Below, piece by piece: positions 29,217-39,231 of a stretch of 64,000 nt of DNA. The notes beneath the pieces were generated by a model, which did no database searches, was not told the origin of the DNA, and saw only the letters and a program-made list of their open reading frames with translations. Origin of the DNA: a virus; the IMG/VR virus record IMGVR_UViG_3300023106_000001, positions 65,485-129,484 of that record. The stretch is one strand, 5' to 3'. Numbering within the stretch: position 1 is the stretch's first letter; each line of letters opens with the position of its first letter. Position numbers and translations under genes: made by a program.

Positions 29217-30082
29217 CAACATTAAAAAATGTACTGGCCGACATAACATCAGATTTAAAAATGTATGATGAAATGGGATTGATTGACGACATCTCATTAA
29301 AACTATTCTTATTAAATGAATTAAAGGGTTTTGGTGGTAATGTCATGGAAGTATACCCTCATGTATTACAAATTAAAAACGGCCAAGCTACTTTACCTGA
29401 TAACTTTTTCTCGCTTACTAAAGCTGTAAAAACAAGTCCGATAGGATGTGTTCCAGAAGCAGACTGCAACGAGCCAGAATTAATAAACAGTTATTTTTAT
29501 AGAGTTAGAAAAGAAGCCTCTGAAATTTGGGACAATGGTTCAAAAATATTAGAAGGAGACTATAAGTATGTAGAAGAGAAAACTTATTTTTTTAATAAAG
29601 ATTTAAAAGCTAATTTTTACTATGGAAATAATACTATTTTAAAATTAGTTCCTGGATTTGATAAAAGTAAATTAGATTTAAAATGTGAAAATGTGTATGT
29701 TAAATCATCACCTTATCATATAAATATTATAAATAATACTTTACAAACAAATTTTTCAAATGGCTTTATATGTATTTGGTATCAGGGATTATTAGTGGAC
29801 GAAGAGGAAGAAATTATTTTACCCGAAGATCCAAATAAAAATATTTATAAGTACCTTATTTCAACAGGAAAAGCCAAAGTTTTTGAATTAGTGTGGGCAA
29901 ATGACGATGATGCTAACGTACTAACTAAATTACAGTTTTACAAAGGAGAATCACAAAAAGATAAAACAGCTGCTTTAGCACAAGTAAGGTTTAATTCTAT
30001 CACAGGAGAAAATTGGGATGAAGGGCTAAAACAAAGAAGAGATAAGAGATTTAGAAAATTCAATAATTTCGGCAGAGGTTAA
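29213..30082 (+). CDS. tail ring/tubular protein
   Basis: 289 aa; ATLPDNFFSL and LQTNFSNGFICIWY.G patterns; position just before the muzzle gene. Confidence 0.6.
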   Translation: MTTLKNVLADITSDLKMYDEMGLIDDISLKLFLLNELKGFGGNVMEVYPHVLQIKNGQATLPDNFFSLTKAVKTSPIGCVPEADCNEPELINSYFYRVRKEASEIWDNGSKILEGDYKYVEEKTYFFNKDLKANFYYGNNTILKLVPGFDKSKLDLKCENVYVKSSPYHINIINNTLQTNFSNGFICIWYQGLLVDEEEEIILPEDPNKNIYKYLISTGKAKVFELVWANDDDANVLTKLQFYKGESQKDKTAALAQVRFNSITGENWDEGLKQRRDKRFRKFNNFGRG

Positions 30083-30104
30083 CAATTAAAAATAAAGTAC
30101 AGTT

Positions 30105-33100
30105 TTGGCTAAACCAGATATAAAATTAAATCAACCTCAAAGAGGATTAAATAGAGATCAATATAATTTAGGAGAAGCTGATTACTCAACTCTTTTGAAT
30201 GGCCTTTTTGATGGAATAGATGGAGGAAGTTTCACTTTAACCAATGAGATGTCTAATTTACTTTCCTCTAGATTTAAAGCAGGATTTAAAGTAATTAATG
30301 GTACAAATGATATTTATTCCAATTCAACCTATTTCTTCCTAGTAAATCCTACAACAGGCGTGGGAGAATTTGGCCAGATAAAAAATGTGCAGCAAATTCA
30401 AAATATTGATGACTTGCAGAATGATTGCGAAGGATGTGTAAAATATTTTGATTTAGCGGAACCATTAGAAAATATTACACAGACAGAATTAAATATATAT
30501 GAAACATTACTTAATGATGAATGTCATATATTAGCTGGGGAACCAGAAAAAGGATTTCAATTTTCTATCAATTCACCAATAAAAAAAACAGTTATAAAAA
30601 ATGAGAAGTGCGGTAAAACAATATATTTCACTGATGACAATACACCTCCTAGATATATAGTATTAGATAACTTACAACAATACAAACAAACAGGAGACAT
30701 AAATTGTGGAGTAGATGAAATAATTCCTACATGTTTAGATGCAGACAAATTACTTATATTTAAAAGATACAACTTACCTGAATTAACTCCAATTTCAATT
30801 GAATTAGGAGGAAGACTTAAATTAGGAACGTATGAGTTTCTAATCGCTTATACAGATCAATTAGGTAATGAAATATCAGAATATACTTCTATAACTAACC
30901 CTATTCAAATATTTGACAGAAATAATGTCACTTTAACCCAAGCAGAATTAGGAACACCAACTAATTTTTCTATTAAACTTCAAGTAGGGAATTTAGATAA
31001 AAGATTTACACATTATAAAATTGCAGTTATTCAAACAACTTTAGAGGATGTTGGAGTGACACGATTTTTCGTAGAAGGAATCCACAATATAAACGACACT
31101 ACAGTTATTTATGGAGGGGAACAAAATAAACAAACAATTGAATTATCTGATTTAATCAGAGAGAATTTATATATTCAACGCTGGGAATTCATAACTGAGA
31201 GTAATAATTCATTAATAGGCGCGGGGATAACAACTGAAAAAGAAATAAATCTACAACCTGTAGTTAATTTACTAGGTTCTTTTTTAAAGTGGCAAACACA
31301 CATAGCTAAAGAAGATTTATATAAAGATGGAGTAAAAGACTCACTATATTTATCTATCAATAGAGATGAAGTAGTACCTTACTCTATAAGATTTTTATTA
31401 GAAGGTGGATATAAAACATCTTTATTTCCTTTAATTAATAGAAATGCAAAAGAAAGTGACTTAATAGAAGTACCTATTACCAACAAAGATAGAGTTTCTA
31501 TAGAGTCAAATAAAAGTGCTTGTAATTCAACAGACAGAACTAAATATTGGCAATATTATAATACAGCAACTGAAGATGAAGATTTTTGTTCTTCTGACTC
31601 TTTGGAAATAGTTGAAGTACAGGAAGACATTCAAAAAAACTGTGTTTATCAAAATGTTATTACTACACCAGGCGCAACATTCAGTATAGAAACAACTCAG
31701 AATTACGTAGATTTAACAACTTTTATAACTGACACTATTACTAATGGTGATTGTTTAACTTATGCAAATTGTCCATCTCCTTCTGATCCAAATTCTTACC
31801 CTTTCTGTAATTATTTTGATATAGACTGTTATAGTAACTTAAATTGCGCACCAAATTATAATAATTGTGAAGCGCCTATATTAGATGATGAAGAATTAAT
31901 TGTAGGAGCCATTGTTGGAGAATCTGCTACGATGGTGGATGCTATTTTCCCAACAGAGTATATTAAAACAAAACCTCCACAAACTTGTACAATTTACGAA
32001 TTAGATACAAGTACAGGGAATCCAAAAAGAAATACAGATTTTGAAACTGCTTTTATGCAATGTAGAGGAGGATTTCCCCCTCAACCAAGAACTGCTTTTT
32101 ACAGAACCCTTCAATTTGAAAATTTAGAATGTACATATGCTGATGCAATTGCAGAAGTTACACCTACAAGTAGTTTTAATCAAGGATATTTTCATGATTA
32201 TTATGGGGCAGAAACTGTAGCAGAACTGCAAACAACAAAAGATACAGTTGCTTCAGGAGCAGAATGGACAAATAAATTACATAAAGGAGTTTTATGGTTT
32301 AAGGGAGATATATTAAGTAGAGATAGATTCGTATTAGAAGTATCTAAAATAAAAGAATTACAACAGACAGATAATATTTCAGCAGGAAATGATATAAGAG
32401 TTTCTATTTATAATAAATGTAATTCAACAACACCTTTATATTCTAAAGTAGTAGATGCAGCACAAGGAGAGATGTTGTTTTTCCAGAAAGCAGACAACTC
32501 TTTAGATTGGACTATTACTAATGAAGCAGGAATTTCTACAAATATAGGTCAAATTTCAGGTCAAAACTTTTATGTAGCCATTGATGCTAAAATAGTAAGT
32601 CAGGAGAATTGTGCAGAAGAATTAGTTTACAGAACAGCACCTTTAAGTGGGTGTTTTGCTGTAGTTATTAGAAGTAGAGAATACTCCAGAATAGATGTAA
32701 CTTATGAATCTATAAGAATAGATAAAAAACAAACTTACACGGCAACTTGTACATTCAATAAACCTGTTGCAAATTCATGTATAGCCACTCCATATAAAAA
32801 AGGAGATTTTGCTTATTGGGAAAGTCAAGAGATTTATCCCGATAATACTTCTTTATATGATTCTAGCACCTTAAAAATAAAACCTTCGGATATAAACATA
32901 TTTCAAAGAGAAAAATTTGAATTAGAATTTGTAGAGGGTACAACTATTTCAGAGGTGTTTATACCTATTTTAGATTCAGAAGGCAATTACCAGTGGAAGA
33001 AAGATAGTGTTGAAAAACCTTTAGTAAATTTTACTTGTAGAAATATAAGACATTTTAAATTTCCTGATAATAAGGTGAGTCCTTTCATGTATGAAAATCC

Positions 33101-36100
33101 TCAATTGACTCAAAGTGATTCAGTGATATATCCATTAGGGATAACAATAGATGAAACTACAATTAATTCATTTTTAGATATTGCGGTAAATAACGGATTA
33201 TTAAGCGAAGAAAAAAGAAATCAAATATCAGGATATGAAATATTCAGAGGAGATATAGCGCAAGATAGAAGTATAATGTCTTCAGGGCTTATATTTGATA
33301 TGAGAAAGTACATAGATGATAATGACAAAACACAGTCTATTTATTATTCTAATTACCCTTACAATGATCTAGGTAGTGATATTTTAAATTATTCAGATAA
33401 AAGCAGAACAACATTTATCCCACATCCTTACAATGGATTGAAAAATGATAAATTCACGTACCATAGCCCAGAAACAGATTATTATAGATACACATTACCA
33501 ACAGAATTATCTGTGCAGGGATATGTATTCGGCCAAACAGATAACAGTTATTTTAATGAAGTAAAAGATCATCCAAAATTTGTAATCTTAACAAGAAAAG
33601 CAAAAGATTTAGCAGGATTATTAGCAGGATTAGAAGTAGCTACAGAAGTTGCAGTACAGTTGGCAAATGCAGGAGAGAATTATAGAGTTGCAGCAGGATT
33701 TGTAGTGTCTGTGAATCCAGCAGGTATTGTACTTTCTATTATAGCAGGAGCCTTATCGGCAATTAGTTCTGTAGTTGTAAATTATGGCCGACACAGATTA
33801 GATTGGATAAAAGCATTTAGAGATTTAGGGCAACCTGAAAACTTCTCTTCATATTTTCATTCTAGTGCTAAGTATAATTACATGCAATTACTACAAGAAA
33901 ATGGAAATCAAATCAGGTCTCTATATTCCGCAAAGTATTTAAAAGAAGGTAATTTTTCACAAGTAGATGATGTCACAGGAGAAAAAATAAGTATAAATAA
34001 CTTAGACAGAGAAAAATCTGTTTTATTAACTTTAGGAGTTTCTAATACATTAAATTACCCCACAGAATATGTATCTTTTGATAATAATAAGATAGATACA
34101 AATACCTCGTCTTTAACTATAGCAAGTCAAAATAATGCTTGTACTACAGGGATAAGTAAAGTAATAAAGAAAAATGTGGCCAATCCATACGTAGCTTTAA
34201 AAAACTACTTACCTTCACAATACGGTACAGTTAATTCTATAAAATGGTTGTCAACAGGATACAGAGGAGATTTAAAAAATCCTAAAACAACCTGTTTGTC
34301 TATTTTTGGAGGGGACACTTTTATTTCCAGACATACACTTAAAAGAAAAATGCCGTTGTTTACAGATACAGCATTTGGTTTAGCAAGTTTAACACCATTT
34401 AATTATAAATTTTATTCTAATATAGGGAGAGAACCTAGATTTTATGTAGATTATGAAGTAATGACAGACTACAGAAGACAGTCTGCTTTATTCCCAGACA
34501 TAGATTATGATTTAAAATTTGATTGTGAAACTAAACAAACTAATTACTATAGACCACCAAGCAAATTTTATCTATATTATTATGGAGTACCTAATTTCTT
34601 AACTGAAACTAGAATAAATACCTGGAATAGAACCGCCGAACCAACATTAGAAAGGAACTTTTACCCAAATACAGGAGATACATCTGAATGGACACAAGAA
34701 AAAAATGTATCAATTAAAAAAGGAGAATTTTTCTTTTATAATCAAATATATTCTAAACCTGTAACCACTACAGCATATAGAACATTGTCAGATAATTTTG
34801 ATCAGTCAGAAAGTGATTGTAGGAATGATAAGCCTAATGGTATAATGTGGTCACAACCAGATAACAGTGAAAACAATTATAATGACCCTTACTTAAACTA
34901 CAAACCATTAGACTTTTACGAGTTTGATAGTAAATACGGAAAACTAAAAGATATCCGCACAATTGAAAGAGAGCAAATTCTAATTAGACAAGAAAATGCA
35001 ACTTCTCTATTCAATGCTATTGATGTGGCCGTAGATGATGGTAAAAGAGCGGATTCAAGAAATTTATCTTCAGCTTTTGCAAGAAGACCAATGACCTATT
35101 CAGAAACAGATCTTGGATTTGGAGGAACAGGAAGTTCAGAATCAGTAAGCTGTGAATTTGGACATTATCATGTAGATGCTAAAAGAGGTCAAGTTATTGA
35201 GATCCCAAGTGGTGGTCAAGGAATGAACGAGATATCGAGTCTTATAAACGGTAAACCAAGCGGAATGAGAAACTGGTTTAAAGAACATCTACCATTTAAA
35301 ATACTAAAATCCCAAATAGCTAATATAAGTGATTTAGATACAGATAATGCAATAAATGGAGTTGGTATAGCTATGGGTTACGATAGTCGATTCAGACGCG
35401 TATTTATAACTAAAAAAGACTATATACCTAAAGTTGATCCATGTCTAAAATTTGACAAAAATATTGGTTTTTACACAGATTGTGGAGAAAGTGAGATAAC
35501 TTGTCCGATAGGGTACGAATATAATCCAACAACAGAGTTATGTGAAAAAACAACATTATCAGGAACTTTGTGCCCAAATGGTTATATTTATGATGAAGAT
35601 ACACAAACGTGCACCCTTTCAACAACAGTATCCGCAGATTGTGATTGTGAAGCTACAGTAGTTGCAACACCGCCTTCTCAAAATATAAATAGTGGCCAAA
35701 CAACAAACATCACTTTAAGTGGAGAACCAGGAGCCCTATTCACATGGACAGTGGTTCAAAGTGGAGTTACAGGAGCAACAAGCGGATCAGGAACATCAAT
35801 AACTGACTTATTAATTAATGACGGAATTACTTCAGGTACGGCTGTTTATACGATTACACCTACAATTGATGGATGTATTTCAATTACAACAGTTGTTACA
35901 GTGACAGTTCAACCTCCAGCCATAAATTTTGATGTTGTTTCGACAAATTGGGGAACATTGTCTACAGTGAGTGCTTGGGAATCATTTTTCTTAACGCAGT
36001 CTGGAACAACTTTTGCAACAATAACTAATTTTTCATTAGTTGGAGGAAGAGTAAGATTTAGAGTTAATACTAATATGACAAGTTTAATAATAGACAGTAA

Positions 36101-36806
36101 AAATGTAACTACAGTTAATATTGTAAAAATACCAAGTCTTACAGGTTTAAATTTTGTTACTAATTCTATTGTAGTTTTTGACCCTATTGAAGCTTTATCA
36201 AATGGGTTGTTAAATTTAAGTTTACAAAATAATAATATAGTGAATTTCAATCCAACAATTCCTTTACCAACTAGTTTAAAAAATTTAAATTTAGTTAGTA
36301 ATGATATTGTCACATTTAATCCTACAATTCCTTTACCAAATGGACTTGAAACTTTGAATTTACAAGCTAATAAAATTGTAACTTTCAATCCCACAATTCC
36401 TTTACCAACTAGTTTAAAAAATTTAAATCTGGCTACTAATGATATTGTAATATTTAATCCAAGTTTAGCTTTACCAAGCGGACTATTAGATTTAGGATTA
36501 CAAGTTAATGATATTGTCACATTCAACCCCACAATTCCTTTACCAAGTAGCCTTCAGCAACTATTCTTAAATGCTAATGATATTGTAATATTTAATCCAA
36601 CTTTAGCTTTACCAAACAACCTTCAGCGACTATATTTAAATAATAATAAAATTACTGTTACATCTTGGGACACGGAAACAAGTTGGATAACGTTAGCTGG
36701 AAATAATGGAATACTAGAAGCATCAAGTAATATACCTGCACTAGGTATTACAGGAACAAATACAGAGACATTACTTTTAGCTAAAGGATGGACTATAATA
36801 CCTTAA
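30105..36806 (+). CDS. tail muzzle/stabilisation protein (P22 gp10-like), N-terminal part, with C-terminal Cys-rich, PKD-like and LRR additions; TTG start
   Basis: 2233 aa; crAss-type stabilisation motifs (IYFTD...PRY, IFGGDTFISR, FG.YHVDAKRG, GYDSRFRRVFITKKDY); then CPxGY repeats, a PKD-like domain and LRRs. Confidence 0.75.
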   Translation: MAKPDIKLNQPQRGLNRDQYNLGEADYSTLLNGLFDGIDGGSFTLTNEMSNLLSSRFKAGFKVINGTNDIYSNSTYFFLVNPTTGVGEFGQIKNVQQIQNIDDLQNDCEGCVKYFDLAEPLENITQTELNIYETLLNDECHILAGEPEKGFQFSINSPIKKTVIKNEKCGKTIYFTDDNTPPRYIVLDNLQQYKQTGDINCGVDEIIPTCLDADKLLIFKRYNLPELTPISIELGGRLKLGTYEFLIAYTDQLGNEISEYTSITNPIQIFDRNNVTLTQAELGTPTNFSIKLQVGNLDKRFTHYKIAVIQTTLEDVGVTRFFVEGIHNINDTTVIYGGEQNKQTIELSDLIRENLYIQRWEFITESNNSLIGAGITTEKEINLQPVVNLLGSFLKWQTHIAKEDLYKDGVKDSLYLSINRDEVVPYSIRFLLEGGYKTSLFPLINRNAKESDLIEVPITNKDRVSIESNKSACNSTDRTKYWQYYNTATEDEDFCSSDSLEIVEVQEDIQKNCVYQNVITTPGATFSIETTQNYVDLTTFITDTITNGDCLTYANCPSPSDPNSYPFCNYFDIDCYSNLNCAPNYNNCEAPILDDEELIVGAIVGESATMVDAIFPTEYIKTKPPQTCTIYELDTSTGNPKRNTDFETAFMQCRGGFPPQPRTAFYRTLQFENLECTYADAIAEVTPTSSFNQGYFHDYYGAETVAELQTTKDTVASGAEWTNKLHKGVLWFKGDILSRDRFVLEVSKIKELQQTDNISAGNDIRVSIYNKCNSTTPLYSKVVDAAQGEMLFFQKADNSLDWTITNEAGISTNIGQISGQNFYVAIDAKIVSQENCAEELVYRTAPLSGCFAVVIRSREYSRIDVTYESIRIDKKQTYTATCTFNKPVANSCIATPYKKGDFAYWESQEIYPDNTSLYDSSTLKIKPSDINIFQREKFELEFVEGTTISEVFIPILDSEGNYQWKKDSVEKPLVNFTCRNIRHFKFPDNKVSPFMYENPQLTQSDSVIYPLGITIDETTINSFLDIAVNNGLLSEEKRNQISGYEIFRGDIAQDRSIMSSGLIFDMRKYIDDNDKTQSIYYSNYPYNDLGSDILNYSDKSRTTFIPHPYNGLKNDKFTYHSPETDYYRYTLPTELSVQGYVFGQTDNSYFNEVKDHPKFVILTRKAKDLAGLLAGLEVATEVAVQLANAGENYRVAAGFVVSVNPAGIVLSIIAGALSAISSVVVNYGRHRLDWIKAFRDLGQPENFSSYFHSSAKYNYMQLLQENGNQIRSLYSAKYLKEGNFSQVDDVTGEKISINNLDREKSVLLTLGVSNTLNYPTEYVSFDNNKIDTNTSSLTIASQNNACTTGISKVIKKNVANPYVALKNYLPSQYGTVNSIKWLSTGYRGDLKNPKTTCLSIFGGDTFISRHTLKRKMPLFTDTAFGLASLTPFNYKFYSNIGREPRFYVDYEVMTDYRRQSALFPDIDYDLKFDCETKQTNYYRPPSKFYLYYYGVPNFLTETRINTWNRTAEPTLERNFYPNTGDTSEWTQEKNVSIKKGEFFFYNQIYSKPVTTTAYRTLSDNFDQSESDCRNDKPNGIMWSQPDNSENNYNDPYLNYKPLDFYEFDSKYGKLKDIRTIEREQILIRQENATSLFNAIDVAVDDGKRADSRNLSSAFARRPMTYSETDLGFGGTGSSESVSCEFGHYHVDAKRGQVIEIPSGGQGMNEISSLINGKPSGMRNWFKEHLPFKILKSQIANISDLDTDNAINGVGIAMGYDSRFRRVFITKKDYIPKVDPCLKFDKNIGFYTDCGESEITCPIGYEYNPTTELCEKTTLSGTLCPNGYIYDEDTQTCTLSTTVSADCDCEATVVATPPSQNINSGQTTNITLSGEPGALFTWTVVQSGVTGATSGSGTSITDLLINDGITSGTAVYTITPTIDGCISITTVVTVTVQPPAINFDVVSTNWGTLSTVSAWESFFLTQSGTTFATITNFSLVGGRVRFRVNTNMTSLIIDSKNVTTVNIVKIPSLTGLNFVTNSIVVFDPIEALSNGLLNLSLQNNNIVNFNPTIPLPTSLKNLNLVSNDIVTFNPTIPLPNGLETLNLQANKIVTFNPTIPLPTSLKNLNLATNDIVIFNPSLALPSGLLDLGLQVNDIVTFNPTIPLPSSLQQLFLNANDIVIFNPTLALPNNLQRLYLNNNKITVTSWDTETSWITLAGNNGILEASSNIPALGITGTNTETLLLAKGWTIIP
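36140..36655 (+). repeat. leucine-rich repeat array, 23-aa (69-nt) units with 138-nt higher-order duplication
   Basis: About 7-8 units of L..LxLxxNxI..FNPT.PLP; near-identical DNA blocks at 36246 and 36384, and at 36438 and 36576. Confidence 0.9.
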
Positions 36807-36842
36807 AAAATTAAAATATGGCTTGTAATTGTCTGAGTGAAA

Positions 36843-36874
36843 TTTGTGTATTAACAATATTATTACTATATTTG
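36843..36874 (+). promoter_or_regulatory. Bacteroidota-type promoter in front of an HNH-like gene
   Basis: TTTG 36843-36846, 20-nt spacer, TATATTTG 36867-36874. Confidence 0.75.
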
Positions 36875-36892
36875 TAAAAAATTAAAAATAAA

Positions 36893-37477
36893 ATGATTGA
36901 GATTGATCACAGATTAAAACCTTCTGTATATGGTGTTGGATATAGAGGGATAGGTAAGTATAGTAGTTCTAATAAGTCTTACAAGATATGGCAAAGTATG
37001 TTACAAAGGTGTTATGACCCCAAATACCATAAAACGAAACCTTCTTATATTAAATGTGAAGTACATCAAGAATGGCACAATTTTCAAAACTTCGCAAAAT
37101 GGTTTGAAAAAAGGTATACAGTTGAAAAAATGTTGGGTTGGGCTTTAGATAAAGATATTTTAATAAAAGGTAATAGAATTTACTCTCCCGAAGCATGTTG
37201 TCTAGTTCCACTTGAAATTAATAGTTTATTTATAAAAAGCGGAAAATCAAGAGGAAAATATCCAATAGGTGTTACAAAATCAGGTAAAAAATTTAGAGCC
37301 AGATTTGGTAAAGATAGAGATCATTTAGGAATATTTAATACTCCTGAAGAAGCTTTCCAAGTATACAAGATCGCCAAAGAAATTTATATTAAAGAGATTG
37401 CATATAAATGGCGCAGTAAGATTACAGAAGCATGCTATTCAGCATTAATAAACTACCAAGTAGAAATAACCGATTAA
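36893..37477 (+). CDS. HNH-like (beta-beta-alpha) homing endonuclease-like protein, copy 1
   Basis: W.SMLQRCY...Y..C.V..EWHNFQNFA.W...LDKDIL.KGN.IYSPE.C.LVP.EIN; AP2-like C-terminus. Confidence 0.75.
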   Translation: MIEIDHRLKPSVYGVGYRGIGKYSSSNKSYKIWQSMLQRCYDPKYHKTKPSYIKCEVHQEWHNFQNFAKWFEKRYTVEKMLGWALDKDILIKGNRIYSPEACCLVPLEINSLFIKSGKSRGKYPIGVTKSGKKFRARFGKDRDHLGIFNTPEEAFQVYKIAKEIYIKEIAYKWRSKITEACYSALINYQVEITD

Positions 37478-37479
37478 TT

Positions 37480-38421
37480 ATGCCAATATGTAATTGCCCA
37501 AATGAGACATGCTCTCAACAAACAATAGAAGGAGTAGTATATTGTAACTGCACAGTGGTTATAAATGATATTGTATGCGATGATGGTTGCACAACAATAA
37601 TACTTCCAAATGGCAATGTGCAATGTTCTTGCACTGAGAGTGTTGAACCGACCATAGAAAAAGTAAAAACACCTGTTTCAGTGACAGACCCTAATTATTT
37701 TCAGGATGTCAGCTGGACCATCGCATTTTCCCCTATAGAACAAAAATGGATAGGATGGTATTCTTATACACCAAATTATTATATTCCGCACCAAAATTAT
37801 TTCCAAACAGGAATAAATCAAAGTTCAGATTCAACAGAATTAGGATTATGGTCACACTTACTAACTAATAGAAGTTATCAAGTATTCTACGGTAAAAAGT
37901 ATCCTTTCTTAGTTGAGTATATGTTGAAACGAGAATATGGAGAAATACTGTTAAAAACGGTTGGTTTTGAGATGGAAGTGAGTAGATATCATAATGAGTA
38001 TGACGCAGCACAAATAGATGATAAGCCATTTAACAAGATGTGGATTTATTCACCGTTTACTAATTCGGGAGAACTTAGACTTGTACCAAATACAGGGCAA
38101 CTTTCTTTGATTTCTAAATATCCTATTACAGCAAAAGATGGTTCTTATCAGGAGATTTTGGTAACTAAGGTACATAATCGATACACAACTAATTATTTTT
38201 ATAATAGAATGCTCTCTCATAAAGCCAATAATCCTTGCTGGTTATGGGATAAGAATCAAATAAATAAAACAATCAATACAGATATTGTAAAATTTAGCGG
38301 TAAAAATGTCCTAGAGCCAATGAGATCTAATGTATTCTCAATTAGGTTAGAACAATCACTAGAGACAAGACTTAGGTACGCAATTAATATTTTAAGCTCA
38401 AAAGTAAATTTAGAATTATAG
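37480..38421 (+). CDS. probable C-terminal part of the tail muzzle/stabilisation protein, encoded separately
   Basis: ATG 37480 (MPICNCP...); Cys-rich start, then DVSWTIAFS...WIGWYSYTPNYY and FNKMWIYS...SGELRL, motifs I associate with the C-terminal third of crAss-like muzzle proteins. Confidence 0.65.
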   Translation: MPICNCPNETCSQQTIEGVVYCNCTVVINDIVCDDGCTTIILPNGNVQCSCTESVEPTIEKVKTPVSVTDPNYFQDVSWTIAFSPIEQKWIGWYSYTPNYYIPHQNYFQTGINQSSDSTELGLWSHLLTNRSYQVFYGKKYPFLVEYMLKREYGEILLKTVGFEMEVSRYHNEYDAAQIDDKPFNKMWIYSPFTNSGELRLVPNTGQLSLISKYPITAKDGSYQEILVTKVHNRYTTNYFYNRMLSHKANNPCWLWDKNQINKTINTDIVKFSGKNVLEPMRSNVFSIRLEQSLETRLRYAINILSSKVNLEL

Positions 38422-38452
38422 TTGCAAATATCAAAATAAAGTTGTATTTTTG
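38421..38452 (+). promoter_or_regulatory. Bacteroidota-type promoter in front of an HNH-like gene
   Basis: GTTG 38421-38424, 20-nt spacer, TATTTTTG 38445-38452. Confidence 0.65.
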
Positions 38453-38469
38453 TAAAAAATAAAAGAGGT

Positions 38470-39231
38470 ATGCAAAAAAGATTAGACAGGGAAGAAATAA
38501 TAGGAAAAACCTACAAAAATAATTTAGGGCAAGATTTCACAGTAATAGATTATAAAAATCCTAAGAATATAGATATTAAATTTGAGGATGGGACTATTAT
38601 CTTAAATAAGAGGTTTACGGCAGTATTATCAGGGAGTATAAGAAATCCTAACTTCCCTATTAAATATGGAGTTGCATTTATAGGTCAAGGTAAGTATAAA
38701 TCTACTATAGAGGGAAAAGATACTAATATATACACCGCTTGGTCTGGAGTTCTCAGAAGATGTTATGATAAAAATTTTCTTATTAGTAATCCTAGCTACT
38801 ATAAAGTTACTGTTTGTAAAGAATGGCATAACTTTCAAAACTTTGCAAAATGGTACGAGGAAAATTGGAAACCTTATATGAAAGGATGGCATGTAGATAA
38901 AGACATTCTTAAGAAAGGGAATAAAATTTATAGTCCAGAAACATGTTCACTAGTCCCTGTCGAAATTAACTGCTTGCTTTTAAAATGTGATGCTTCGAGA
39001 GGTATTTTACCTATAGGTGTATTTAAAGATGGAAAAAAATATGTAGCTAAATTAGTTAGAGACAAAGGAATTCAAAAATATACTAGACATAACACGATTG
39101 AAGAAGCTTTCCAATCATATAAAGATAAAAAAGAAGCACACATGAAAGAGGTTGCCGAAATATGGAAACCTAAATTAGCTACAAAAACATATGAAGCTTT
39201 AATAAATTATCAAGTAGAAATAACAGACTAA
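38470..39231 (+). CDS. HNH-like homing endonuclease-like protein, copy 2
   Basis: Paralog of 36893 with an extra N-terminal domain (KTYKNN.GQ.F.VIDY); ends in ALINYQVEITD; stop overlaps the next ATG. Confidence 0.75.
   Translation: MQKRLDREEIIGKTYKNNLGQDFTVIDYKNPKNIDIKFEDGTIILNKRFTAVLSGSIRNPNFPIKYGVAFIGQGKYKSTIEGKDTNIYTAWSGVLRRCYDKNFLISNPSYYKVTVCKEWHNFQNFAKWYEENWKPYMKGWHVDKDILKKGNKIYSPETCSLVPVEINCLLLKCDASRGILPIGVFKDGKKYVAKLVRDKGIQKYTRHNTIEEAFQSYKDKKEAHMKEVAEIWKPKLATKTYEALINYQVEITD

Noticed and set aside
35909-36532. 207-aa minus-strand ORF with repeats
   Set aside because: It is the antisense shadow of the LRR array; no promoter or independent coding signal.
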